Origin: Catajapyx aquilonaris
Lineage: Eukaryota
DNA: 64,000 nucleotides
Direction of reading: 5' to 3'
Assembly (NCBI GenBank): GCA_000934665.2
Contig: KZ538059.1
Coordinates: 1-64,000, forward strand
Part shown: one piece after another, positions 39,354 through 52,520 of the stretch
How positions within the stretch are numbered: the stretch's first letter is position 1
Layout: every line of letters begins with the position of its first letter
Program-made: the position numbers and the translations under genes
Notes under the pieces: model-generated
Seen by the model: only the letters and a program-made list of their open reading frames with translations
The model's database searches: none
Told to the model about the DNA's origin: nothing

Positions 39354-39658
39354 ACCGAAGCAGGTTGGTGTAGTGGATATGGAGTCCGCCTGCTAATCGG
39401 GAGGTCCTGGGTTCGAGGTTCGAATCCCGGTGCCGGCAACTCTGACCGTGGTTTTCTGTGGTTTCCCACGGTTCCTCCAGGTGAATACCGGAGTTGTTTC
39501 CTAATTAATAGGCCACAGCCGCTTCCTTCCATCCCTATCCCGTCCCAAAAAGCGAAATAAAGGTTACAAGAGTTCCAGCCAAAAAAAACAAACAAATCTC
39601 CCCCCTAAAAAGCCAGAACGGCTTCAATGGGGTATGATATTTATTTATTTAAATTTAT
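39354..39658 (+). mobile_element. tRNA-derived SINE, copy 1
   Basis: A box tggtgtagtgg; B box ggttcgaatcc, with a duplicated ggttcga; ctgctaa anticodon-like loop; (TTTA)n tail; 15-bp TSD ctatcttatcagaga at 39339-39353 and 39659-39673; full-length similarity to 59223-59513. Confidence 0.95.
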
Positions 39659-42600
39659 CTATCTTATCAGAGAGAAATTGCCTAAATTATTATCGATTGA
39701 AAAGCTATTCGCTACAGACGAGTGGTAGGATAGCTTAAATTTGTTATAATACCAGAGATGACTATAGCCTACTGCAATAGCTGAGAAGCCTTTCGTCAAT
39801 GTAACCGTTTTTCTTATAAATTTTGCGAGAACCCGGTGTGGAGAATTTCTGTGTGAATATTTTTTTTGCGTTTGGTAAGCAAATCCCACCTTCGGGCTAT
39901 TTTTCACTTTTGTAGCTGTGAAATCTTTTGGATAGGAATTGGACTCAATATCCTAAAAATCTAGACTTTCGCTTATGGTAGGCTTGCGTCAGGCACATTT
40001 AGGACATTTCTGTACCACATTAATTGTTATGGAGCGGCCAAATTAAAAATTCTCCGCTCTGGTTATATTTTTACATCGCAAAATAGTTACATTGAGCTTA
40101 CCTCTGGTTCTGACTGGCTTTAATATTTAGTAGGTCCTGTTATATTGCTTCTATAGTATGCGACCTCCTCTACTGATTCCGCAGACAGAAAATACATTAA
40201 CATGCCCCATTTCCGCTTCAAATCTAAAATTAATTACCCTGCAAGGCATTTACCTGTATACATTCTCCACTAGGCTCCATTGTTTGCACATATTAGTGTA
40301 CGTACTCTATGTGTTGATCTTGCACTGTACACCATAAAATATGCTATTATATTATTACGAGGTTATTTTAGTGCCCAATTTTATCCTCGTGGGAAAACAT
40401 GATTACAATATTAGTGTATGAACTGACTGAAATAGGCCAGCGGTTTTTAGAGCTCGTGTATAAATAACGCCAACTTTCCCTACATTTCATTCTGCGGCCT
40501 TTGTAACCAGCCTTTTTTTCCTGGCAAAATTGGCAATCTCGTGACATGTACAAGATCAACATGTTTTTATCCATCTAAATCCGTTCGACCAGGAGGTCAT
40601 TAGATACAGAATCGTGCATGTCCCTCACGTGTTGTAGCAGCCAAAAAGACATTTCCTGAGTAATTAGAAGGAGCTTTTGGCACACAAGACCAGCCAAAAA
40701 GTTCCTACTGCATATGGAGAGAGTGCACCGAGCTCAGCCGTACTTATTACGAGCCAGCAGTTAGTTTGATTTATGCCCCATTTCCATGTCTTTCAAGCAT
40801 TACCGAGTCATACCGCAGTCGGGAGTTCCTGCCTACGTTATGTGTGTCGCGTATACATGCACAGGCTACGTGCGATAATGACTGTAATTGAATTTTCTGC
40901 TGCCATTTTGGGGCGGCATTCAATAGAGACATCGCCAACAGCGCCTTAATAAGCACTCGGGTGCTTCTGATAAGAAAATGGCGTCAACATGTTGTGTACC
41001 TCCTTTTATCCCCAGAAGAGTTTCAGCGAAATGTTGCAGGTGGATTGAGTTTGACAAGGTGAGGGTCAGAATCGATTTTCAGTCACTTACCACTGCTACT
41101 TTCTGCACAGGAAATTAAGTTACGAGCGCACTTATGTGTGACGCCAAAGAAGCGGCACGTCCAACTTGATCATCCCGAAAGTGACTTGATTGTTTCGCGC
41201 CATAAAAACTAGGGGTGACGTGGCTTACAGGTCGATACGTGGCTTGGTACCCACGAGTCAATCTGACACGGTGACAAAGGCTATTAATACGTGTGCGAAA
41301 CAATGTTTTGTCGCCTCTTTGCGGCCGATAGTAGCGCAGCCAAGTGTTGAAATCTGAAACTACAGACAAAGAGATGTTAGAAAGGAGAGAAAAAAAAGTG
41401 GGCGGGATGCTCTGGATGTTACGACGAACTGCGTTTTTTTATAGCATATACCAGGCTCCCCTTGGAGGGTTAATCTGTCTTAATAACGGGGTGTTAGGGC
41501 GTAGCCAGGATGCCATTTGTCAAGGTGGAATGGGTTGTGAATCGTGGAGAGAAAAGAGAGGAAGAAATTAAAGAGGGATAGGTTATCCTTCTCTTAGCCT
41601 GGGTAATGAATACTACTCGGGCTAATCCTTTGTCTTCATCTGATCAGACAAGTAGGTCAAGAAAACAAGGAGTTCAAGTGCGAATAAATTCATTGCCGAA
41701 TAAAAATTGACATGGCCACCATCATGTTAGGGTGCATCGGGCCGTAATGGTAATCCGTACGACTCGACTATAATTCCTGGCCTCCCTTGTCTGATTATCA
41801 GCTAAATCACATTTTATTCCCCGGATGAGAATCAAACATTCTGCATCCAATCGGCAAGCCTATAATGGTATTGCGCCAGGGAGGAAATTTCAATAGTTGT
41901 TTAATCAAAATCAGTGCTGCGGACAAATCCCTGTGGAGGCCAAATTAGATTGGTGATTTGTGAAAGCTCGCCCGGCGCATAATGGCCAAAATGACTAAAC
42001 TGTAAAACCCCTTCACGGTGCATTGTTGGCCAAGACAATGGCGTTACATTTATCAAACTCCAGAGAGGCGGTGGAGTGGAATTTTTATTCCTGTTCCTTC
42101 CATTGGTCTCAGTTTGGCGGAAATGTTGAATTAAGCAAAGTGCACCGTTGTCGACTTTTTCTGCCCTGTAATTTGTTTCCAGGAAAGCGGATTTGCGTCT
42201 GCGAAGACAAAGGTCAAAATGGCGACTTGGAAGAGATATACGGCCTCTTTATTGGTTTTGGCTTCCTGCGGAGAAAGGTCGACATACACCCGCCCAAAAG
42301 AACGAAGAAGAACTTAAGTAATAATAGAGCTGGAGTGTGTCACACGTCTATTTTCCGATACACTACTATCTTATCCTCTGCTTATATTCTAGCCATAGAT
42401 CCCAAAAAGAACCACACACGGAGGGAAAATTAATTAGCTAAATCGGTTTTCCCCTGATTACCTGCAGGGCAATTAAGGGCATTTTACTGCTGATCTTTCG
42501 ATAATTCAGAACAAGATTTACGCCCGCGAGGACTTATTAGAGTAACAATTCGCATAGTGAATACTAATTCTTTTCTGCAGCCATGATGCCACATTTCTCC

Positions 42601-42936
42601 GAAACGGAATGCAAGCTATTGTATACCCCCTCCCCCAACCTGTTTCTCTCTGACAACAATGCAGTTTGTGTGCGCTGTTAATCCTAGGGATAATTATGAA
42701 TTCCTTGCAGAATACCTTGGGCGGATCCTGCGCCACTATTAAAACTTCATCAGCCTAAGCCAGTAACTATACTCCTACACAACAGAAATCTCCTTATCAG
42801 GGCGTGAAATCAAAGGCGCCCTAATATGAATAACGTTATTACAGAATCAATACCTCGCCTAGTCGCACACTCATGACGAAACTTCGAATCACGCCCACAT
42901 AAGTTTCCATCAGCGGTAATTAATTTATATTAAACC

Positions 42937-43188
42937 TTACCGGCACTTTGCTCCAAACTTTTGTCTTCCTCTTAATTCCCTCATTATCGCAAGTGACGTT
43001 GAGTTCAAGTATGAGAGCGGTTTATCTATAAAATTAAACCCACTTGTGGAATCAAAATTATGACGTCCCTCAGGAGAAAAGGTGGGTCGGTAGGAGGGGG
43101 TTCGGCTCGTAATGAATTTCCTAACAGCCACAACTAGCAGAGGTTGATAACGACCTATCTTCCAATGACGTGGCACCTTCATCTGCAC
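42937..43188 (-). mobile_element. Eroded LINE reverse transcriptase fragment
   Basis: KVPRHWKIGRYQPL ... TPSYRPTFS resembles VPxxWKxAxVxPI...PxNYRPISL. Confidence 0.45.
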
Positions 43189-45608
43189 ACATAAAATGCC
43201 AGCCCAGGCCCAGGCCTACTAGGGCTAAGATAGTGTATCGTAAATTTTATATGGGCCCGTTAGCTTGCTTAATTTGGATTAGAAAAAGCCTCAAAAGCCA
43301 TCCTCTTAATGGTCTTTAGCTTTAACGGATGAAGTACTGTAATCGTCAGAAATTACGTAAATCATGGGGATGTTGTATACAAATGGCCTCTAGGAAGTGA
43401 CTATACACTATAGTCCAGGAACCTTCGATTTTCTGTTCTTTTTCTTACACTCTCAGGCATTACAAGGAAGAAATAGTTGCATTTATATTTTCAGTATTTT
43501 CGGCTCAATTCGGCTCAGGCTGCTTAATATTTAATTGGACGTTGTTGCCTTTTGTCATGATTTTGATTCGATACTTAAGTTCACTCAATTTATATTTGAA
43601 TAGTGCTCCTCTGCAGAATATGGCTCAAGATCGAAATTGCCATTCAAGATTTTAATAGTGAACTGACCGCACTGTTGCACATACCCGACAATTTCATTTA
43701 GAGTGAATTAAATTCTCGACCGATACCAGACAGATTTTTGCATAAGTTATGCGCAAGGATCGGATCAATTATTATCTCCCACGCGCTATAAATATCGCAT
43801 AAAAATGAAACTCATTATTCAAGCAAGGCTCAAACCCCGGAATGGTTGATAAATTACAATCACATTATGCAAATTTATTATTCGCAATTTTGTTAATGAA
43901 ACTTGGTCAGCCCCTATCATTTGTACCGGAAGTGTAGTAGATGAGTACTCAATAATTGAGGTCGACCCATCACCGTCCGCAAAATGGTGGTCCATCCCTC
44001 CCCTTGTTTTTGGGTACCGAAAAAAAAAAACCCGGTACAACTCTAGCGAAAAAGACATTGTGACGCAAGTGACGGGGTCTAATGCAACCGAGTCCCTAGT
44101 GTTCTCCCTTCTCTCCGTTTGCACAGCTGTCCCCGCGTGCCATTCTCTCTGCAAGCTTCATTTAAAGTGTTTGTACAGCATCGGCGAGAGAGGGGTTTAC
44201 CAGCCCAGAGTAAATAATTATGCAGCGACAAGTAGGAGAATGCGAACCGAAGGGAAAAGGCAAGAGTAGGGCATGTCAGAAACCCTAGTTTCTCAGGGGA
44301 AAATGTCACAAAAATAGTGTCCGAAATTAGCACCAACAGATGCTATCAAGATTGTGAAGAATCCTTTTTGTTTTCGTCTTGAAATGGTATATGTGGAATA
44401 AGAGTTCTGTCAAATGCCAACTACTTCAGATCCTGTGCAGCTGCCGCAAGTATTTTAAAAGATATGGAACCAGTTGAAATGGTGGAAGAAAGATGAGTTT
44501 AGGGAGTGGTGGTTTGGTGAGGGGAAAGGAGAGGATTGGAAAATGAAAACGTTTGCCAACTATAGCTCGGGATTTTCCGTGTTTCAAGCAAAGTCGTATC
44601 TGGAAACTTGCGTCGAATTATACTGTGGTGGGAGGGTACAATGGAATAAACAAGGTAGAGCCAATGTCGGATTATTCAGGCGAGTGTTATCGGATATTAT
44701 GCCCCTGTGAATCTGTGATGCGGGGATTCGCGATCAATCAATAGATAAATTTTACCATGTCTCAATGTTTATGAATGATAGAGATAATATTGGCTTTAGA
44801 GAATGTGCTGGTGCACTTCACAATGAAGTGCAAACACTCAACCGCTATGGTGAGACCCTAAACAATTAAAAGCTATATAGAACGTATTTATCTAGCCTCA
44901 TTTATAACTAAATATATATTACTTGTACCACAAACATAGAGAACATGAATGTATTCCACTTTAGGCGGGAATTGCGGGCAATAAAAATTCATACGACCTC
45001 CATTATCTAGGAAAATGGACGGGCCTCGATGGAGGCCATTCTTAAATATTCACATTCCTCCTGAAATTGCTCTACATATGGAGATTGAAGCAAGATCAGA
45101 GTGGTAGTAACACACTGAATTTGAAAATAGAGTTAACAAGATTGAATTCCTGGGTGGATATAAACTATACTGTTGGGCCTCTCTTTACTATTTTGCATAG
45201 TTTTCGCTTTTCGGACACACCCAATGTTACGGTCTGTATCTAATTAAATTGATAATATCAGTATCATATTAACACCAGTAACATTAGTTTTGTAAAAGTT
45301 AGAGCAGCTTGCAGTTACCTTGTATCTGGCCCATTGGATTTTCTCCCAATACTTGACATGGAACGACCTGACAGCCGGTTGTTTATTTCACATGGATTTC
45401 GTTGCAAAACGCTTATCGAATGGAGTGAAACTGCGTCCACGGATTGGAAATTCCGCAGCCTGAAATATGATCATTGCAGCGACTATAAAGCACCACTATA
45501 GTCCGTTTCAGTCGCTACTATACCACCAGCAAGAAAGAAAGCTACAATGTTGACTCTTGCAAGAGTCCAGATTTTTTGGTTCGCCAGTTTTATGCCACAA
45601 AGATCCGA

Positions 45609-45672
45609 CTATACATGATGTACTGTCTCTGTACTGTATAAATACAGTACATAGACAGTACATCAGGTATAG
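45609..45672. repeat. Inverted repeat: 31-bp arms (2 mismatches), 2-nt loop
   Basis: ctatacatgatgtactgtctctgtactgtat, aa, atacagtacatagacagtacatcaggtatag. Confidence 0.9.
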
Positions 45673-45931
45673 ATGCAGTATTTTTTTCTAAATTTTGTAG
45701 ACCTTTAGCAGATATGGGCATTAGTTTCCAGGTAGGTTGTTGCCAGTAGGGCATAACTCTTGCTTTGCAGCGTATACATTTTATAACACATGTATACAGA
45801 AGCGATGAAATATTCCAGTCTGGCCGAGGCCATACGTTAGGGGCTTTTTGCCGCCTGAAGCTAAAAAAAAACCGCCTGAGGAGGTTTAGGTAGCAAAAGG
45901 AGTCTGGCATTTATGGAACCTCCTTCCAAGA

Positions 45932-46276
45932 TTGAAACCTGAAAAATGCCCCATTTTTGTTCTAGGAGTAGAAGAAGGCCCTACCATTTCGGGCTTAGCC
46001 TTGCTTGGCGAGCTTGCAAATTTGGCGGAAATGATGCTGCAAAAACTTGTTCAGGAGATTTTGGTACGGCATCTGGCAAAGCTATACTATGCCACCCATT
46101 TTTTCCCCCTTCCCTCCAATGATATTGCACGCACAAAAGAAAATGTTGGCAAGACGTCAACTGCTGAAGATATGGTAAAAATGGCTCTTTTATTGCCATT
46201 ATCACATGGAACGTTGCCACGTTTTCAACCACACTCGGTGAAAGGTTACGTTTGTTTAAAATTAATTCTGCAGTAA
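45932..46276 (+). mobile_element. Possible eroded Penelope-like reverse transcriptase fragment
   Basis: SGLALLGELANLAEMMLQKLV (like GLAMGSPLSPxLANLFMxxLE), LYYATHFF (at the position of WxRYVDDIF) and HGTLPRF (like NGxLPFL), in order in one open frame. Catalytic DD absent. Confidence 0.33.
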
Positions 46277-48639
46277 AAACTGGCGGCTGTTGTAAGCAGT
46301 TTGGATTCCACCAATGGCCAGAAGTTTTTGCCTCCCTGCATATGTCAAAAATGTGAATAAAAAATATTCGTTTGACCAAAATTGTTATTGAATTCGCTGC
46401 GAGCACCAACCTTGAGGCATTTTGTACTTTTTATTTGGATTTTTTTTCCCCCAGCCCGAGGTGAGTGAAACGGGGCGCAAAAATTAACGCCTCGCCAAAT
46501 GGAAGGGACCCCGAGGGCTGATGGCGCGTTTTTGTATTCTTCACGTCACTTGCCATCAGTTGGCAAACGCGACTGCAATTTTTTTCCCCCCCCCCTACTG
46601 CCAGGGTTGGGTGATTGGTACACCACTATATGCCAGGCGTTCACCAAATAACAAACTATACATGGCCTGTGTACAATCAGTTATTTTAGAGTAGATGATG
46701 GGAGTTGCACATTGTTAACTGCAATCAAGATGCAGATGCACGAGAGATGAAGGAAGATCGTGCTGGGAAGGACTGCAGGAACTATATAGTTGAGTACACT
46801 CCAACTGAAGTTATTGGGTTCGTTGGAGAGAAAACACACGCGCCAACACTATTGCTTTGAAATGCAATAATTGCATTGCTGCTCTATTTAAAAATGTACA
46901 TTTGTGATGCGTTCAACTTTACATGGACATTTTATGAAAACGGTTTTTTATACCCGCAGTCCTGGCCAGCTCTATCTGATCTGTAAACCTTGTACTAGAT
47001 TACGGACTAATTTGTATTGAAATCGATTACACTTTCAAAAGAAGCGCAGAATGAGAGCCTGGGGCTGATAAACGGCCCTCGGATCCCAAAATGTGTTTTC
47101 GACTCCAGTCTATGCTTCCAGTAATTATTTACTGGGCATGTACCTGGACTGCTGATAATCAGATTTTTATATGATTATGCCCCTGCTTTCCTGTCCCGAT
47201 AGAATAAAAGCAGCGTGCATGGATTGACCGCATATCCCGTTGCAACTTTTGACATGGAAAGTATGATTCGGCGTTCAAGGTGTGGAGTGCCTGGTGGTGT
47301 TGGGGGGTGCTTGTGGCTCAAATATGCAGTTCGTCTACCGCAAATGTATTTATTGCCCTTTGTTTTATAACACAAATTCCACCGAGGTTGCTCTTTAACA
47401 TCAAGAGGATACCACAATCGATGCTTCCAGCTGGTGTGCAATTCCAGCACCATTTGTTTTTCTTGGGGCAAATGTGGCGGTGATTGTTACCATGGTGCCA
47501 ATTTTTTTGTGCACAAATTAGCGTTATGGTTATTTGATGCGGGTTGAAAGTAGTGAAAGGGCAGGTTTTATTAAATTTATGAAATTAATCAGGATAGTTT
47601 GGATTGGCAATATGAGTGAAGCTATGCAATATATTCGGAATGATTGTGGGAATATATTTTTATTTCAATTTTGGTGATGATACAAATGACACACCATTAA
47701 CTGTATGGTTCCTGTGGTCGGAGCAGTAAAACCTCATTTTGCATTATTGTTGATAAATCAGACTGCTCATATTTTAGAATCTAATAAGATCAGCATAACA
47801 ATTTGCAATTTTTCCCATGTGTAAAGGTTCTTTCATTAATGTTGCGGATCCCTTCTACAGTAAGTTGTGGAAAAATGATAAAACATATCACTCGTGTGAA
47901 TGGAAGTTCCATTAAAATATATCTCTATTTATGAACATGATGCATACACTATTTAGCAGGAACTAGCCTTTTGGTACCTTTATAACTCACCGACTTATAT
48001 CTCCAAGGCGGATCAAAGCAATTTCCTCATTAGCGTTGCTCCGAGTTTCCTAAACTGCATGACCCTGCCTTGCAAAACGGTCCGGCTACTCTCGTCTCTC
48101 ATCTACTGATACCGCAATTTCTTTCTTCCTTAACTGTATACATTAATGACGCCATACCAGACTTCTCTTTGGTAACAGTATACAGATGACCATCTCTTGG
48201 GACTATAGTACCTGAGGTAGAAGTATGGGCACTGGGCAGTATATATGTTCCATTACACAGCATCAGAGCATCATTAATAAGCCAACTTCCAACGTGCGGC
48301 TTTCCATTTTTTAAATACTTGATGTCACTTCAATTCTTACCCTTGACTTCTTTCGAGTAACCTACTCATTCCGTACATCAACACATGCTGGACGACATAA
48401 AAATTTCATTTGGCCTTTCTCCAACCCAAACACGTTGAACCCGAACGACTAACATCCCCAGCACTTGATTAGGTCAATTCGACGTCCACCTCTACGACAC
48501 GGAAACACTAGAAATCAGGTCGAGTTCATTAGAAGACATATCGTGAGGGTGAACCGAGACGACATGTCCCCCTGAAGACCCGTCGACTTTACGATGATTG
48601 TCCTCTTGTGACTGTTTTGCGGTGGTGGGAGAATTGAAC

Positions 48640-48780
48640 CTCAAATGGCCCCGGAAAATGACCCTGGGCTCGGCCCTTTAATGCTCTTCAAGTATGAAGG
48701 GGCCAATGAGGTCCAAAGTCAACGGGGTTTCAAAACCCCGCGATTCGGCGCCTCTGACACAACATAAAAACTGCTGACGT
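48640..48780 (+). mobile_element. Eroded LINE reverse transcriptase core fragment
   Basis: PGLGPLMLFKY (like SVLGPLLFxxY) followed by RFGASDTT (like xFADDT). Confidence 0.33.
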
Positions 48781-51700
48781 TCGTCTTGGCCTTTCAACGT
48801 CCTAGAAAGTTGGCTGCGCCGTGTTTAACAAGGTTAACGAGGTTTCCAAAGCACCGCCCGAGTTTGGTCGGACGGACCACAAAATAGACAGAGGTACGAA
48901 ACAGAAGCAAATTTTTTTTGCTTCTCCAGCTTATATGCAGGACAGTATTTCTGTAGCCATATTGGCATTGGGCAGACCAGTTTCATATTGTGGATAAATA
49001 AACCCCATAGCTGTTTATACTGTAATAATGCTACTATTAATTTTCCGCTGGTGCTGATGTGACCATTTTTCTTCTTGTGAGGTGGTTGCCATCTGGCAGC
49101 CAATTTTATTTATAAAGTTTGTTCTCATAAATATTCTGGGGCTAATGCAACAGTCAGAATCATAACCTTCGTCAAGAAAATGGTCCACGGTATAAATTAA
49201 AAGTCTTATCAATATCTAGTAATCTAGTAAAATTATATACGCATTATTAACTAGACTCCGACATTTTTTTTTTTGTAAAAGGAAATTCCAGCTTTTCAGT
49301 GTAACAGTAGTTCGTAGAATCTATTCTTGCCCCGAGTCATATGCAAAAGCAAAGACCATGTTCGTGCCACTAAAAGTTTGATATTTCCAGTTTCGTTACC
49401 GCAACGTTTTTATGCTGCAACTGCAACTTCTGAAATGGAGCAGTGTAAAATTTTCAAATGGATATTCTAGAATAATTTTATTCACTGCGCAAGAATATAT
49501 TTATACTATATAGCCTTTGAATTTTCCCTACATTTTTTTTACATAGTTTACACAGTTTTTTTTGGTTAAAATTCAAGTGCAGCACATATGCCATGTTTCA
49601 AATAAATTGCCTTCAGCATCCTGGTTACATACGAAGCAGAAACAAACTTCTCGAATGCAAAGTAGACCATCCATACACGATAAAATTAATGTTACAGCAG
49701 AAAAATTGATTACTGCAGTAGGCTTATATTAGTTTTTCGATCTTAATCCGCAATGCCTAACAATGAATCCATTTTTCAGTCTTTTCACGTGCTCACTGTT
49801 CCGGTGCATTCTGGTTCACACAATTCCAATTTTTGTTACCATTTGCGATCAATCAGTGCAAAACACCTACACCATTTCTACTGTGTACCTTTCATTACTT
49901 TGTCCTTAGGGCAGCAGCACTCCCTGGATACTAAATGACACGTATTTCTGTCACCTGATACACACATGTAATTTGAACACTATAGCAATATATTTTCCTA
50001 CCCAGTGACCTCCGCGAAGACGCGAGGAGAAAAGAGAGTGTCGATTTATTTTCTGCGATTATCCTGGGACTGGGAAGCAATCAATCACAGCCGTCTGTCT
50101 GCTCTGTCGATCCAAATTCGCTTCCTCGCCGAGTTCTTTACTTCCCTTGCATGACAATGCGAATTCTAAAGCCGTTTCTAGGCTCCAGCTCCTTATATAC
50201 AACCCCTTCCTACCTCACTTAGAGTATTCCATAGGTTACCAAGAGCCCGCGTCCCATTCCCAATGAAGCTGCAGCACGCACTCCAATTCATTAGACCTTG
50301 GCACTAACTAATGTATTTTGAAACTGCAGTGCTACTATTGCAAGTTCTTGTCATAACAAATGGAATATCCAGAGATATATTTGTACTGAAAGGATTATTT
50401 TGACTTGAAGATATTGTCTGACCTACACTCAAGGCGTGGTCCACTAGCCTGATCGCCGGCTGTCTCACGACTAATACAAATCCGAAAGCCTCCCAACTCG
50501 GTCCAAATCCAAACACCTCCGCCATCTAGTAGGTGTCACAATATCAATAAAACAATATCGTTTACGCCTGCGGGTGTAACGCACAAAAAACGTGAAAATG
50601 AGAGAATAGTCCAGAATGGAAGAGAAATGTTCAGTCATTTTTCTTCACTCTTATTTTTATGCCATGTTCAGGCTGTTGGCCTGGAATTGCTTCCTAGCAT
50701 TCCCTCGCTCAGTCACACATTCAGACCAGGGGGGGGGGGGCTGTAGAGATGTGCGCAGTTTGGCGAGATGAGTGTACTTCACCGACCTGGGGTACTTTTC
50801 ATAATTTCGTGATGAGTACACGCAAAATTAATGCGCAGATTAAATGAATACAAATCCCGCTTACGCGTTGCATGTGAGCTAATTAGATTTCAGGAGGTTG
50901 GGTTTAATATCCTAGCAGGTTCGTGACCCTCAGCGCTGATGAAACGACTTTCTGAGGCGAAGCCTGAGAATCCTGACCAACTCCCCTTAGAAAACGTCAA
51001 ATCCCCCAACTGGGTGACTACAATATCCCAACGAAATTGCCGGCAGCACGAAACCGAGTGTCGCAGAGGAAAAAGGAGCTTTTCCCCTATTGGATGCCCC
51101 GTTTCTTCCAGGCGGTCATATGAGAAAACGGCCCTTTTCTTCCTATTCCAACGACCCGTCCTCCGGCCCACCCCCCGAAAAAAAAAGAGCTAGAGAAAGA
51201 AACCCTGCCAAGTATAGAAGACGTGCCTTTAAAAACAAAATATAGTCTATATACAAAAAAAAAAATCTTTATGTGAATGTTATGAGTCATAACATTCCGA
51301 GAAGTCCGAGACTAATCGGAGGAAAAATATCTCGAAAGCCATTTTTAATTATGGTTGTCTGAAGCGTGAAACAAAGCGTGAAACAAAACACCCAGAGTCT
51401 ATTATGCGCTAGGGCTCTCGCCATTATGTGGCCGAAAAAATGAACTGGCCAGTCATTTCCTACTACTTTTTTTCAGAATTCAAGTGGAAGAACAGTCTGC
51501 CAAGTTGTTTTTACTGCTCTCCTCCCAAGTTTGCTGTTTTTTAAATCAATAATACTGTCAGGAATATCATGCCCGTTTTTACAGTTGGCTGAGTGATTTT
51601 TTTTTTAACTGTAATACACCTAAATGCGTATGATGGCAGGTTTAATGGTAGACTGCATTTCGGATTCATTTCTTATCACTATTACACTGCGTCGTACTGC

Positions 51701-52309
51701 ACAGTTCCATCAACCGAGAGATTTTTTTTTTGCATACAGAAGAGCTCAATTCGTACAGTGAAAAGCCCTTTAGTTATACGACTCGTAGAATTGTGCATAT
51801 TTTGCCAAATTGTACTGCGTCACATGCAGAGTTTTTGGCTGGAAAAATTGGGCTGAAAGCGATGAATTTTGAACTCTTATTAAAGGCTGGCTGTAAAGCA
51901 AATTATGATAAATATCCTATTCACAATGCATAGTTTTCTTAAGTTGCTATCATACAACCGGCCTTAAGTCACGGCTACATTTTGTGAAGAGTAATATTAA
52001 TTGGATGGCCCTGCATGGAAAATGCGTGTGATCACTTGAGGACGGTATTGTAAAAGTGTGCGGATTTTTTCTTCATCACGTTTTCCGTAGAGTAGTCCAT
52101 GTATTGCTTTTCCCCTACTCCAAACCCTTATTCGCAGAGATTGCCGCAACTTGAAATAAGTCTCATTTTTAAAAATGAAGAGAGGGCTCTTAACCGCTGG
52201 CAGGAGGAAACAGAGAAGCCCCCATCTGCAAGTTAATCATACCATTTAGACCATAAATTCATCCTGATTTCGAAAACCTTTTACCCGGTTCTCTTGCTCC
52301 GCGCTCATG

Positions 52310-52520
52310 AATTCCTTTCCCAAAAGCCTTATGCATGTTTCATTATATCGAATCCGAAGACCGCGTTAATATTACATTCTGTTCTGAATGAGGTCTGGCA
52401 GGCCATGTCGTTTCGCTCAAGCCGTTTCTTTTCTTTTATGCTCTTGGAGGAAACTATTCCTGAGAGACAGAAGCGTATGGCATGCTGCATGCATCACTTG
52501 CTCGCGGGATTTTCGTCCCC
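52310..52520 (+). mobile_element. Eroded LINE reverse transcriptase fragment
   Basis: QKPYACFIISNPKTALILHSVL resembles KPLYACFIDFxKAFDxVxHxxL. Confidence 0.28.

Noticed and set aside
39360..39438. Functional tRNA-Ser(GCT) gene (also 59229-59300)
   Set aside because: No proper acceptor stem, no long Ser variable arm, duplicated or degenerate T loop, and both copies are embedded in TSD-flanked SINEs.
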